A program made the translations under genes and the position numbers. The notes under the pieces are model-generated. The model saw only the letters and a list, made by a program, of their open reading frames with translations, had not been told where the DNA came from and did not search any database. Source: Oikopleura dioica (Eukaryota; Animalia; Chordata). From it: a stretch of DNA of 64,000 bases. Positions 46,657 to 59,602 of this stretch are shown in pieces (positions within the stretch are counted from its first letter, which is position 1; each line of letters starts with the position of its first letter). The stretch spans positions 2,563,929 through 2,627,928 of the forward strand of contig OU015570.1 in NCBI GenBank assembly GCA_907165135.1, in the 5' to 3' direction.

Positions 46657-49059
46657 ATGAGAATTCTATACAGTATCCTAGATGAGGATACCACCTTACT
46701 AAAGGTGATCGGTTCACTTGAACGTGAATGGCAAGACTTAACCCCGAAGGAAGTATTGGAGAAGCTAAAACAAAAACATGACAAAAAAGGGATCACAGCT
46801 GTCCCCATCAGATTTTCCAAATTTGATATGGCGGAGATAATCGAGGAATATGGCCTCGACCCACATCGCTTCAAAAGAGTTGGTAACATGGACAAACGAG
46901 TGAAGAAGGATTTCTTCAAGCTACCTCGACCTCGAGAAATGGTTGATACATCGCGGATTGTAGAACTCATCTCAAAAATCGACCCTACGGTACTAGACAG
47001 AATTGAAACAATCACGGTTAATGAAAATCAAATGACTGAAGTAGCAAGACTAAGCCACTTGGTGGAAGAAGTCGAAAAAATGTTTGAAAATTCTCAAAAC
47101 ATGCAACATACAATGACCATGAAAATGAATCAGTATAATGCATTGATAAACGAGATGGAAGAAAGGCGAAGTAGCGATGAAGAAAGATATCAGAACACGA
47201 GAAAATCTATGGAAGCCGAAAACAAAAAACGCACGCAAGAACTTGAACGACAACTAAAGGAATTCAAGGAACGGGGAAAACAGCTTCAGGGACAGTTAGA
47301 TCACTTTATACATGAAGAGAAACCAAGACTACAAGCGCAAGTACTGGATCTCAGCAGTCAAGTCGATAGACTCAAAGAAAAGCAATCGGAACAGGACAAC
47401 CTGATCCGGGAGCAAGAATGCGCGTACACAGATCTAACGGATGAACTTGATATGGCAAGAAAGAACTTGGTGGAGAAAACACGCGAGTGTGAGAAAATAA
47501 GCAAGAAAAATGTAAACCTCGTCCAAAAATCTGTTGAACTGGAAAAAAAGAATATCGAACTTACGATTAAGGTGAAAACAGAAAGGGACAGGTCGAGATT
47601 GGCAAACACGTCGATAAAGCAAAATTCCTCTGCTATTGCCGGCACGGAGACGCCAATGCCAACCATGGGAAATGGCAACGATGATGACGATGACAGGTTG
47701 CCGGGTAGAGAGAAGGGCACCAACCATCATGGCGCCGCTTCACCGTACCTGGGAAATCAACCTGACAGTGTTGCCGACAAGGATTACGATGGCGCCGACA
47801 ATAGGTCGTCGGCTTCCAGTGGCAGCCGACCTTTAGACCAAGAACTTGCTAGGTTACGAGCTGACTCTCAGACCACGACTCAGCAGAGAAGGGTACCACC
47901 ACAACCGAGATCTCGCTCGACTCCGAGACACTCTGAGAGAGAAAAACAGGACCAGAGACACGCGTTCGGGCGAACAATGACAACTAACCTGAAGACGAAT
48001 GTCTAGGTCCCAAAGTGGAGATCAGCAGAGGGAGCAGATGCTGTTGGAGCACTGCATGACTACGTCGATGCGTTGAAAGTATTCAGAGATATGCGGATAA
48101 TAGAGGATGAACCTCTTATCTATGCGTCCCTGAACGAATCAAATAAATTGGACGTCTTGAGAGAGCTAGATGATCTGCAGCGCAAAAATGTGGATTCCTT
48201 TATATCTTACATCAGGAAAGCTCATGGAGGAAGCGAGGAAAACAAGAGAGCAGCATTAGAGGCATGTCTTCAGAAGCCGGGTGAATCTTGCCTGAGTTTC
48301 TTTCGGCGTCTTACTAGAGAGTATTACCTCTCAAAAAACCAACAAGTGCCGCGATCGCCGGAGGACGTCAAAGAACCTGATCGTCAACATGATATTGCCT
48401 ATCATTTCGTGAGAAACCTCCGTGATGCCAATGTGGCCCAGCAGCTGAGACTGCAGCGACACTTAGTGCCCTTTGCTAACTTGGGTACAGTGGCACATAG
48501 CATTGCATCCAACTTGGGCCAGAGCACCACGACAATTGCATCGGTCGGACAAGTTGCAGCAACGCCGTGGGGAAACCAGCAACAAGATACAGAGCGACTG
48601 GTGGAGACAATCGTTGCAGCAATATCAAAACTAAACGGCTACAACTACAACGAACGGTGCAGTACCTGTGGAAATCGCGGTCACACGTCAAAGGATTGTG
48701 CGGCAAATGCAAGAATAAGAGGCCAGTACCGGCGGTCTCAAGAAAGACGTGAGCAGCGGTACTCGAGAGGTAACAGCCGAGACCGGGACGGTTACTACCG
48801 AAGGAAAGATAGAAGCTCAAGCCGAGGGCGAGACGAACGGAACGACCAGTACCGTCAACGAAGCTATAGCCGAGGAAGAGAGAAAGAACGGCGATACTCC
48901 AAGAATTACAGCAACAACCGGCATAGTTCGAAGGAGAGAGAGCGAAGAAGTGGCACTCCACACCCAAGGCGAGAAAGTCGCTCTCCTTCCAAGGACCGAT
49001 CCGTCAGTAGAGAGGACGGGCAACGAGATCACTCGGTGCCACGCAGAGACTTTGCGTAA
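46657..49059 (+). CDS. gag: Gag of element E (~800 codons, in-frame TAG at 48004-48006): coiled coil, capsid, CCHC knuckle, RS/RD-rich tail
   Basis: ORFs 46585-48006 and 48073-49059 are in frame (NV*VPKW). Motifs QKPGES and CSTCGNRGHTSKDC. Confidence 0.85.
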
Positions 49060-52000
49060 TGGTTGGAGTACCAATTGTTGAACTTGCTGTACATATTGAA
49101 TCAAAATGGAATCAAGAACCTGTTATCACCAAAGTAAAGTGCCTGCTAGATTCAGGCGCAGCTCCAGCTTTGCTAGACGCGAATCATCCACTTGCAGAAC
49201 ATGCGACATGTCATCAAGGGCTACAATCATTCAAAAGCTACGATGGCATCTGCAAGTCCGAGCCAAAGCGCACTTTGGCTGCGACTTTAAAAACACCGAT
49301 AGACAACAGAAAAATTGGAGAAGTCGATCTTATGATTACGGAGATCAAGAACAAATTTGACATGATCTTGAACTTCGAATTTCTTACAAATTTCTTCACC
49401 GGATACAGCGAATCTCATGCGATCTTAATCAGAAAAGACAATACAGCTGAAACCTATCACCTCAAGCTCCTTGGCAATATTATCAAAACGCCAAAAATCC
49501 GCCTGCAGCCATTCGAGACCAGAACGATTGCGACCACTAACCAATCTCTGGACAGTGGTTTCTGTGATAAAGACGGGGATGAAGCATGGATGCCTAGAAG
49601 TAACTTGAGTCCACAAGGGGATACAGCTACAAGTGTACCAGCTCGAGAGCATTGGGCATTTGATACATCCAGAAATGTATCAGCACACAACATCTCTTTC
49701 GTCCAAACCAGAAATATGGCTAATGACATCCCGGTCATCTCAAGGGGGAATCAGATCGACATAGTCAACAACAGCCCAAGCTTTCTTGACTTGGCGGAAG
49801 ATGCAGTCCCGATACAATCTGTGTTGCCGATCAAAGTCGATGAAAATTCGCAACCAGAATTTACTAACCCACCCCATATGAGAAAATACCAGAACCTACC
49901 AAAGCTACCGGATTCAGCGTTTAACATCAACCAAGCCTTGAGGCCACAAGACAAAGCTAAACTGCTAAGTCTTCTCCATGAATATGGACACGTCTTTAGC
50001 AGGAACAGAAATGATCTGGGGCCGGGAGCAAGAACACCGTTTAGCTACAAGATTGACTACACGGTGGAACAGCCACAGCTAAGAAAAATCATCCCTATAC
50101 CGGAGCGTTACAAGGACGACTTACGAAAGCACATCAAAGTGCTCGAAGAGCAAGGAGTGGTGGCAAGGGCAGACATGGAAATGGTAGTTACCACTTCATG
50201 GGTGGCAGTACCAAAGAAGAACAACACGATACGATGGTGCCTGGATTGTCGACCTCAAAACTCGGTCACTCTCCAGACCAATTTCCCGTTGCCCCCGCTG
50301 ACTCAAATCCTGGCGAAGATGTCAAACAACAAATTCTTCTCCAGTTATGATTTGACGAGCGCTTTCCACCAATTTTGCTTGAATCCGTCCAACTTCCGAT
50401 ACTACACGTTTTGGACCCGGACAACAATGTTTTCTACTATCGGCGAGCTCCCTTTGGAGGCAGAACGACTACTGTATTTATACAGAGTCTGTTCTCCAAC
50501 GTCATCTTGCCGAAAGTCCGGAATTGCACCAACTATGTCGATGACCTGACATCTGCTAGTAAGAACTTCGAGGAGCATCTTGAGGATGTCAGACAATTGC
50601 TCCACAGACTTAGCGAATGCAACATCGTACTTAACGTGGAGAAGTGTACCTTTGCAACCAGAACAATCAATCTGTTCGGGTACACGTTATCGGAGAAAGG
50701 ATACACGCCAGAAAAAGGAAGGATCAGCAAAATCAGGGAACTCGCGACGCCGAAAACCAAGAAGGAGCTTAAGTCCAGTGTGGCGGCACTTGCCTATTAC
50801 CGGGCATCAGTAGAACGCTTCGCAGAGTTTGCGGCACCTCTCTTTGATTTGCTCAAAGAATCGGCAAAGTTCGACGAATCAGAAGTAGAAAGACCGTGGC
50901 GCAGGCTCTTAAGGGCGGTCGAGGAAGCACACACACTCACATGTCCCGATCTCAACCTAAAATTCATCCTGAGAACAGACTCGTCCAAGCGATCTTATGG
51001 TTCGATTCTGAGTCAAATAAGGGGAGATAAGGAAGAGATCATCAGGATTACGTCGAATCAGTGGACTTCCACACAGCTGTGTTGGGCAATAAGTTGCAAG
51101 GAACTCATCTCAACCGCGGCTGGAGTCCGAGCGAATGAGGAACTGCTCAGAGGGAAGTTCTTCCACATAGAGACAGACAATCAAGCGAACTTGCATACTC
51201 TGCAGAGTCGCAAAAGAATCTACCTCGACAGAACTGGACCTGTAGCGCGTGCTATCCTCTACCTGGCTCTTTTTGACTTTTCGGTGGAATGGCTCAAAGG
51301 AACAGAAGAGAGGTTCTTGCTGACTGATTTGCTGAGCAGAAAAGTGATCACAAAGGACTCAGAGATCAGAATAGCCCAGAAAACGAAGGAGCCATTACTC
51401 AGTGTGCGGACCTTAACCGACAAGTGGATCCCTCTTGATTCTCAGCAAGCTGAGGAAATCGACTTCCAGTACGGAAGCTCGCCGCTAGCAGCTTCAATTA
51501 CGCAAGCGGTATGGTCAAAACTAGGAAACACCAAAAAGGTCGGAATAGATGCCAAGCCAGCAACAATCTATTATGATCAAGAGGAACCTGTAACGACAAT
51601 CAGGAGGCGAATCCACCAGATCTGTGCGGTGAAAACAGCACCAGCGGTTACCAGGCCAAATTTTGCCACAATCATATCGGAAGTGAAACACCGGCAGAAA
51701 GACGACCCAGCAATCCGATCGAAAGTAAGGAGTGTTCTGGCCGGCCGTCAGAAAAAGAGTGGCTACGAAGCTAAATTAGAACCACCCTCTACAACGTATG
51801 TTCTACGACGGCATGGGAAACTCTGTGTTCCGGAAGAAATGGTTCCGGAAATAATGCAAAAATTGCACTCACACAGAAGTAACCGGCTGGAACTGCAAAT
51901 TCTTCAGTCGATGGACTTGTACTGGGAAGGCATGGCTACAAGTGTATCCGATTGGGCGCTGGCCTGTGAGGTCTGTTCTCGAACAAGACCAAACACGCGT

Positions 52001-52186
52001 CCAGTTAAACACAAAGCGCTCGGCCGCGTAAATGCAACGGGATTGACCGTGGAATCCCAGAAGAATGGGCGTGCGTCTTCTTCATATGGGCGACTACAGC
52101 TTTTCTGGCCTCACTCAGGAAGTCGCAATCACAGCACCTGTACCAAACGGCTTCTTCAGTTTTGTCGAAAAAGAACATCTTTATAA
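49059..52186 (+). pseudogene. pol: Pol of element E (PR-RT-RNase H-IN zinc domain), frameshift at the T-run ~50410, IN core missing after ~52030
   Basis: LLDSGA, RWCLDCR, YDLTSAFHQ, then in the shifted frame APFG, NYVDD, LRTDSS, ETDNQ and H..H..CEVC. No DDE core follows. Confidence 0.9.
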
Positions 52187-55100
52187 TCTCTTGAAAAGTA
52201 GGAATTTTCGAAAGAAAAATGTGCCAAAAATCCTTCGATCGTAAAATATTCGTTTCTTGAAAGGCCAACTGCGTCAAAACCAGCGCCGAAGATATCATCA
52301 GAAAGGTCGAACGAGAGAAGAACGCGACTAAAACTCAATATTTTTCAAAATGAAAACTGAGGGGAAAGAAACCCGTGAAGAAAAACTGCGGAAGCTCAAC
52401 AATCAGCTGCGAATGCATCGACGCAAAGTAAGAGAGTACAAGCGCTGGAGGGCGGAACTTAGACGAGAGACTACGGAAGGGACCCAACAAAGTGAAATCA
52501 TGGAGGACAAAACAAGAGAGATGCGGTCCACCGGGACTCAAACTACTCCTTAAAAGTGAAAACTTCAACCAACAAATCTAACAATAGTAAACACTAAAAT
52601 GAAAACGTACAATTCACTCTTCATTTCAAAGTAAACCATTCTTTTATAATTATTATGAAATTTGATAAGTAAAATGAAACTCAAAAGTAATCTAACATGT
52701 TCTTAACAGATTCGTTAATCCACCTTTTTTAAAATGAAACTGAAAAGAAGTCAGACATTTTCCAAGGGAAGTGAGCCATCAAAAATATCTTAAATAATTT
52801 CCTGTTAAAATGAACTCAGAAGTAAAGTCGATCCAGTTATCCATGAAACATCTTTAAACAACTTGTCTGTGATCTCTGATTCTCAAATATAACGTGTCTT
52901 TGCATACTGTCAATGTAAAACTCAATTTCCGTGTCAAATGATTCAAAACATTCGAAACATCTTTTTAGAACTCCCATCCTCAACTAACAACCCTAACTCA
53001 ATTTTACTGTCAGTTCATCAGCACCTAAAAATTAGGAGCCCCAGGAGGGGAAATATATGTTAGAGCTGTTAGAGCTGAATTAGGTGCTCTTGAACTCACC
53101 TGCAACCGAGCTTTACTATGCCAGCGATGGCGCTAATGATTAGCATTACTTAAACAATAGTAGAGCTCGGAGGCGGGCATTCTTATCCTTATCTATCTTG
53201 AAAATAAACGTAGAAGCTAAAGCTTCTGAGTTGCCTCCTTATTGCATTCAAGGCTCAGAGCAGAGCAGCCTTGCAGCATTAACATTAGCTTCTTCACCGA
53301 CTCAGGTCTTTCATGTGACTCGAAGTCGATAATTTTTCTTTGAGATCATTAACTTATTCAAAAGTTGTTACGAAAGCCATTTTTCCTCAAATTTTCCTAA
53401 TGGCTGACAAATTACTAATTACTTTTAAATTAAAATATTAACTATCAGTTTTTCACCTTGAATACTTTTATTCTTAAAGATATTTGTTTTTATCAAGTGC
53501 TGGCTATTATTCGCGACCTATCTCAATTAAATTCAAAAATGATTAAAGTTCCGTTTGAACTTATAATTTGAGCTGATTTGCTCACGCTTTGTGGTTTATT
53601 TACTTACTGATTTCTAACGCAAAAAGAAATCGGTAGGCTTATTCGTTCCAACAGACGTTTTTTCAAAGTGAATCTCCATGGGCCCACTTTCGTGTAGTGA
53701 AATGGCCAAACATCATTTACGGGGTGCCTGAGGCTCCCTGGCAGTATACGGAGACCAAATGCCCTCCATATGGAATCCCTATTATGTTAAATGCCTTTAC
53801 TAAGCGTGAGACCACATGCATGATCCATGCGTATGGCTAAGTTATCTTTTTCTTTGCCAATCCCTCTGCAAGGTGATTAGTACATCTGTCACCGGTCTAC
53901 AGTTAACCAACGAAAACGTAAAAATATGGCTTATGCCGAGAACATTTTTACATCCCAAAACTTTTAGAGGTTAGTTCAGCTTTGATTGTGAGTTTTTCAT
54001 GATTCTTGATCATTATTCGTTTTTTTTTTCCAAATTTAATTGCATCAGTTTGCGCTTGATAAAATCTTTCCATAATGTCACGATAATTTCTATACTACTG
54101 TCTTTGTTGTTTGTAAGTAACCCTTTACATACCTTTTATGTTGTTTTCGTTCGAGTTTTTGAAGGAGTCGTTTTCGCGTTGGGGCCTTCCTTCATTTTTT
54201 CCATCTTTTTTCGTCGTTGTTATGTCGTTATGATGAGATCGTTTCGTAGCACGTCGCAAGCTCAACTGTGTTGCGATTTCTCAGGCAGTTTGCGCTCAAA
54301 ACGTTTCATCTTAGATCAATGTCGAATCTTTTCTGCTTGCTCATTCCTTTTTTCTTTCTGCCATTGAAATTACTTCAAGCTTTTTCTTTGGAAAATCCCG
54401 TCTCCGAGCTGAAGTATAGGAATTGTTTTGGACACCGTAACCTTTTTCTGTCGATTAACGTTGCTAATTCTGTCGTGTTTACGTCAGTTGATTTGGGTTA
54501 ATTTTCCTCGGCTTTCCCATCGAGATCGACATTGCTTTTTTCTTCCGCACCCAAGGTTGTTGATTCCGAACATCCAGTGTTCCAGTGTCCACCGCTTTTC
54601 GAATCAAAGTGTCATTTTCATCACTCAGAATTAGCAATTACCTGCGCAGGTTTTTGCCCTTGCGATTTCCGGGATTCTGTGCATCAAGCATTTACGTTGT
54701 TGATGGACTGTAAATCGCCCTTGAAAAGCCCAAGCAGAGTTGATGTTGATAATTACAGTCGACTGTATCGTTTCGACTTTTTCCATTATGTCTAAAAGTT
54801 CCATTCGTTAACTTTACCGTTTAATTTGGTAAAATTTTAGTGTCAAAGGATAAAGATCCTCAGTATAGTACAAAAAAGGATGACTTCTTGGCGCAAGGCC
54901 CGGGCGACTTCTTTCTTCCTTAAGCATGCAGGACTCAGTTGATCAGACCAGGTCACGTTGAGCATGTGGCGGCTACTTAGGCTTCCAACTCACAAAAGTA
55001 GTCGTCAAGGCCGCTCGTGCCCGTTGCTTTGAAGGTTCACTCATTGCAGAAGCGTGATTTTAATCGCTTCTTGAAGAAGATTTGTCTCCTGATTCGAGAT

Positions 55101-55290
55101 GATCCAAAGTGCCGAAATTTTTGATATTTTCCGTCAAAGCAGTCGCAAGCTACTGTTACCTATGCCGTCCAAATAAGGGTTTTTTTGACCGCTAATCTGA
55201 GAGTTTCAAAGTCGAGTTGTTCAGCGGCTTCGACCACCCTTGTCATTTCCATTTTTTCCAAGGGCATGCAGTTGTCGAGAAGAATCGAGT

Positions 55291-55556
55291 TGTTATGGTC
55301 CATAACTTATGATTACAAAAACGAAAGTCGAGTCTCGAGCCAAGCTCACAGAATCCGAAGCTGAGGGGCGAGCGCGAGCACCAACTGCGAAGCGCGAGCT
55401 CATCACTCAACTCGGAACTGCAGCTCAGAAATAAAGTCGAACTTGAAGTGAGACTTGTGAGCGAGCGCTCCTATAAAAATGCCTGACTATGCCCATTTTC
55501 CCTCATTCTGGCCTTGCCCCAGAATCACAAATAAACACCGAATTACCGTCAATACA
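55291..55556 (+). mobile_element. Probable isolated LTR
   Basis: TGT...ACA, TATAAAAA at ~55472, AATAAA at ~55530. Begins exactly where the inverted-repeat homology stops. No TSD and no clear PBS. Confidence 0.4.
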
Positions 55557-55764
55557 ATAGTAGTATGCTTACTTAGCAGGAAGTAAGCTTAGTATGTAAA
55601 TTTCGTTAACGGGTCGCAAGCTCTTTTTGCTGGAGAAAGGCCTACCTCCAGGGCTGTGTGTAAGGATCGGGAGCTCGCTCTTAGAGGGGCTATCCGGTAG
55701 ACACGCCTTTAGGAGAGGTCTTTGGGTCGGGATAAGGGCGATTGCTAGGTTTTAAAGCTATTTC

Positions 55765-57860
55765 TTTGCCGAGGCCCCGGCGGAGCCCTGCGCAAATTTG
55801 GCCGAAAAGGCATAGTTAAAACTTAAATTAAGGCGGGACCCGACGGAGTCCTGCCCAATTATTGCCAAAAGGCGTATTTAAACTTGATTTTTGGCCGAGG
55901 CCCCGGCGGAGCCCTGCGCGAATTCTGCCAGAAAGGCAAATTTGAAACTTAAGGGTATGGTACGCGCACAGGGTCAAGTCTCAGAATCGGGTTTTGACCA
56001 CTTTTTCTGAATCTCCATGAAATTCTGACCAAAAAACTCCTGATGAGTATTATCTCTATCTCAACCCATTTTCCCACAAATTGCAATTGAAAGTGGCAAA
56101 AATTAGTGCATTTTGGCTAAAAGGCTGAAATTATAAAATTTTTACAATTTTTGATCGTTATGATAGGGTGTCATATAATACCTTTTTGGAAAGCTCACGT
56201 TCAGGACATTTATTTGCGATAAAAACGGGCGCTTTTGGGCTATGCCCCCAAGGCAATTCACGAAGCTAAAAGAACGAAAAATAGGTACCTTCGTACTTTA
56301 AAATTTTTTACATAAAAATTTTTGACCAATTGAAAAAAGCTCGTGTAAAAATCAAGATTAGGGTCTAAACTTTACTATAAAAAAGGATTGGGTGGGTTTC
56401 CTTTGGTAACTTCAGCGGAGATCTCTGAATATAGGCTTATTTCGCGATTTTTGACCGAGACGACAACTTTGAGCCATCCGAGCATGACTTTTTGTTTGAA
56501 TTTCGAGAAAAGCTTGTGTAAATCAGAAGATCTAAGTAATAAAGAAGATCTTTATTTTGAGCTATTGTACGCCTTCCCAGTATTGATAGGGCCGGAGGAG
56601 ATCGTCTCTGCTTTGGGCCTCTGCGCGTACCATACCCTTAAATTAAGGCGGACCCTGACGGAGTCCTGCCCGATTTTTAGCCAAGAGGCGTATTGAAAAT
56701 GATTTTTGGCTGCGGCCCCGGCGGAGCCCTGCCAATTTTTGCCAATAAGGCCCATTTAAACTTGACTTTCGGCCGGGCCCCGGCGGAGCCCTGCAGAATT
56801 TTGCCGAGAAGGCCCAATATATATAGAATTTCGGCCAGGCCCCGGCGGAGCCCTGCCAATTTTTTGCAAATAAGTAGGGGGTGCACAGTGGGAAAATGTC
56901 AAAAAACTAACTATCTTTTTTTGATATTTTAAAGTCTTGAATGACTTTATAATAACCCAACAATCAATCCTTTTCATTATCATCTTTTCAAAAATGCTCA
57001 TTTTCACCCGTAAAATCACGTGACAAGGGTCAGAAAAGGGGTTTTTAGCGAATTTCTCCCGAGATATTAAAGGTTATAAAATAATTTTGATTGCATCTAA
57101 GAGTGTAAAAAAAGAGCTTTAATTTGACCCCAAAATTGTATCCGGCACTTTCCGGCAAAAAATTCTAGAGCCGATTCTTTGTCAAAAACCTTCATTTTTC
57201 GGCCGAGTCGGGTGTTCGAATCCCGACAATAACATTTTTTTTTCGCACCCGTTTTTACCCATTAAATGATTGAACCTGATGATGTGATCAAGCATGACTC
57301 ATAATTTTTGTCCTCCGGAGGACTTTTTACTGGAAAACTGATGGTGGAAGACCAAAAAATTTTTTCCCAATTTTTTATTCGCTATATATACCCTTACTTC
57401 AATCATGTGATCTGCGATTGGTGAGAACTTGTGATAAGGCCCATTTAAACTTGATTTTCGGCTGGGCCCCGGCGGAGCCCTGCAGAATTTTTGCCAAGAA
57501 GGCCCAATGGAATTTGATTCCTGGCTTGGCCCCGGCGGAGCCATGTAGAATTTTTGCCAAAGAGGGACATCATAACTTGATTTTCGGCCAGGCCCCGGCG
57601 GAGCCCTGCAGAATTTTGCAAAGGAGGCCAACCAAAACTTTATTTTTGAGAAGGCCCCGGCGGAGCCATGCAGAATTTTAGCCAAGACGGCCCATTTGAA
57701 CTCGTTTTCCGGCTGGGCCCCGAAGGAGCTCTGTAGGATTTTCGCCGAAGAGGCTCATTTAATCTTAATTTTTGAACTGGCTCTGGCGGAACCCTTGATT
57801 TTTTGCCAAATTTGGGCCATCTCAAGTTATTCTGGCTGCGGCCTCCAGCGGAGCCCTCGA
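55765..57860. repeat. Degenerate ~62-bp minisatellite (ggccccggcggagccctgc core) interrupted by two insertions
   Basis: The core motif recurs in blocks 55765-55950, 56640-56860 and 57440-57860. Confidence 0.85.
55953..56637. mobile_element. Kolobok-type MITE
   Basis: TTAA|gggtatggtacgcgca ... tgcgcgtaccataccc|TTAA. The neighbouring satellite unit (~55820) gives the empty site acttaaattaagg. Confidence 0.8.
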
Positions 57861-58147
57861 TCTTTGCCAAAAGGGCCAACTAAAATATGTACAGTTTTTT
57901 ATGGAATTTTTGGACATCAAATTTTTGGACATTTTTGCAATTTTAAGGGGTTTCTTGGGACACCTTTCAAAAGTGCCTGTATCAAGTTTTTGGACATTTT
58001 CTGCGCCAAAATTTTATATTTCTCCTTTTTTGCCAGATGTGGCGTTTTTTCTTATCGAAAATCTTACATTTTCTTTGAAAATAATGAGATTTAACCTTAG
58101 CCCGCCAAAAGTGGATTTTCTGGGGTACCCGCCAAGAACACCATATA

Positions 58148-58541
58148 CAGTTTTTTATGGAATTTTTGGACATCAAATTTTTGGACATTTTTGCTATTTT
58201 ATGGGGTTTTCTTGGGACACTTTTCAAAAGTGCCCGTATCAAATTTTTGGACATTTTCTGCGCCGTATTTTTAAATTTTCTGTTATTTTTGCCAGATATG
58301 AAGTTTTTTCATATTAAAATCTTACTTTTTCTTTGAGAAAGATAAGATTGAAGGTTGATCTCGTACCCCTAAAACATTTTTTGTCTTTAGAAGAAGGATT
58401 AAACAAAGAATGATGGAGATTTTCTCAAAAAATTTTTTAAGCGATTTGGATGGGAGATTTTTTGGCCGCGTGTACCAAATTTATGGACATTTTCGCGAAA
58501 ATCTTGGGACAAAAAATGTCCAAAAATTCCATAATTAACTG
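58148..58541. mobile_element. Tc1/mariner-type MITE (partial copies at ~57892-58120 and ~59016-59211)
   Basis: TA|cagttttttatggaatttttggacat ... atgtccaaaaattccataattaactg|TA. Empty-site paralog accatatatggtgc at ~58773. Confidence 0.85.
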
Positions 58542-59602
58542 TATGGTGCATCCTCTATGAAAGCTCTGCACCATATTTGGTTTATCATGATTTTATTTAA
58601 AATCTTTGCTGAAAAATACTTTTTTGTTCAATAATAGTGTTCCAATCATGATACCAAAGTTCATTTAATCAAAAATTCTCTCAGAGAAGATCATTCTTTG
58701 AGGATCAGAGAAGCTGACTAGGGTAAACTTTCGGTAAAATCGCTGGGAAAAAGCTGGGGTACCCGCCAAAAACACCATATATGGTGCAGCAACAATTGTA
58801 GCTCGACACCATATATGGTGTAGGGACTTTGCAAAAATAAGGGTCTACCGACGCTAAGGTCTATCAGAAAAAGGCCGAAAAGCCCATCATCGATAGATAA
58901 TCGATAAAGCCGTCTCAACGTTTCCTCAATTTTCAAAGAAACTTTCAACGTCAAGCCCAGTGAGCAAATAAGTGATCGGTTCTCGAATTGTGGTGTACCT
59001 TGGCGGGCTAAGGTTAAGGTTGATCTCGTACCCCTAGAACATTTTTTGTCTTTAAAAGAAGGATGAGACAGAGGATGATGGAGATTTTCCTCAAAAAAAA
59101 ATTTTTAAGCGATTTGGATGGGACATTTTTTTTGACAGCATGCATCAAATTTTTGTACATTTTTGCGAAAATCTTGGGACAAAAAATGTCCAAAAATTTC
59201 ATAATTAACTGTATTATCGCTCCCTCGGCGGCAAAACTCTGCTCAAAATTAACCAAAATTTCTTCTTAGAAAAATTTTGCCGTAATTAAAGGCACAGCCC
59301 TCGATTTTTGCCAAAAATAAAGATAGGTATAGAAATTGTTTACAAGAAAGCATCGATTCTTTGCTCAAAACGCATATAAGCTATTATTTTTCCGCCAGAA
59401 TTTCTCGATTTCCTTCGTTAAAAATGTATTCTTTAGGTCTTAGCTTGGCATTCGGCTAAGCCTTTGATTCCCAGCCAAAAGTGCAATTCCTCCGTGAAAA
59501 CCTCGGTGGAGCTCGATGATTAAAGAGTCCGCGGAGCTCTCGAAAAATCTCGACAATTGATCATATTTAGATACGATTGCAACACAATAAAGACCAGAAA
59601 TA

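Larger units (their letters stand above)
46372..53284 (+). mobile_element. LTR element E, Ty3/Gypsy with integrase core deleted
   Basis: 227-bp TG..CA LTRs at 46372-46598 and 53058-53284 (1 mismatch seen). TSD ttag. PBS TGGTGACTTCG at 46601. PPT aggaggggaaa at 53043-53053. Confidence 0.96.
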
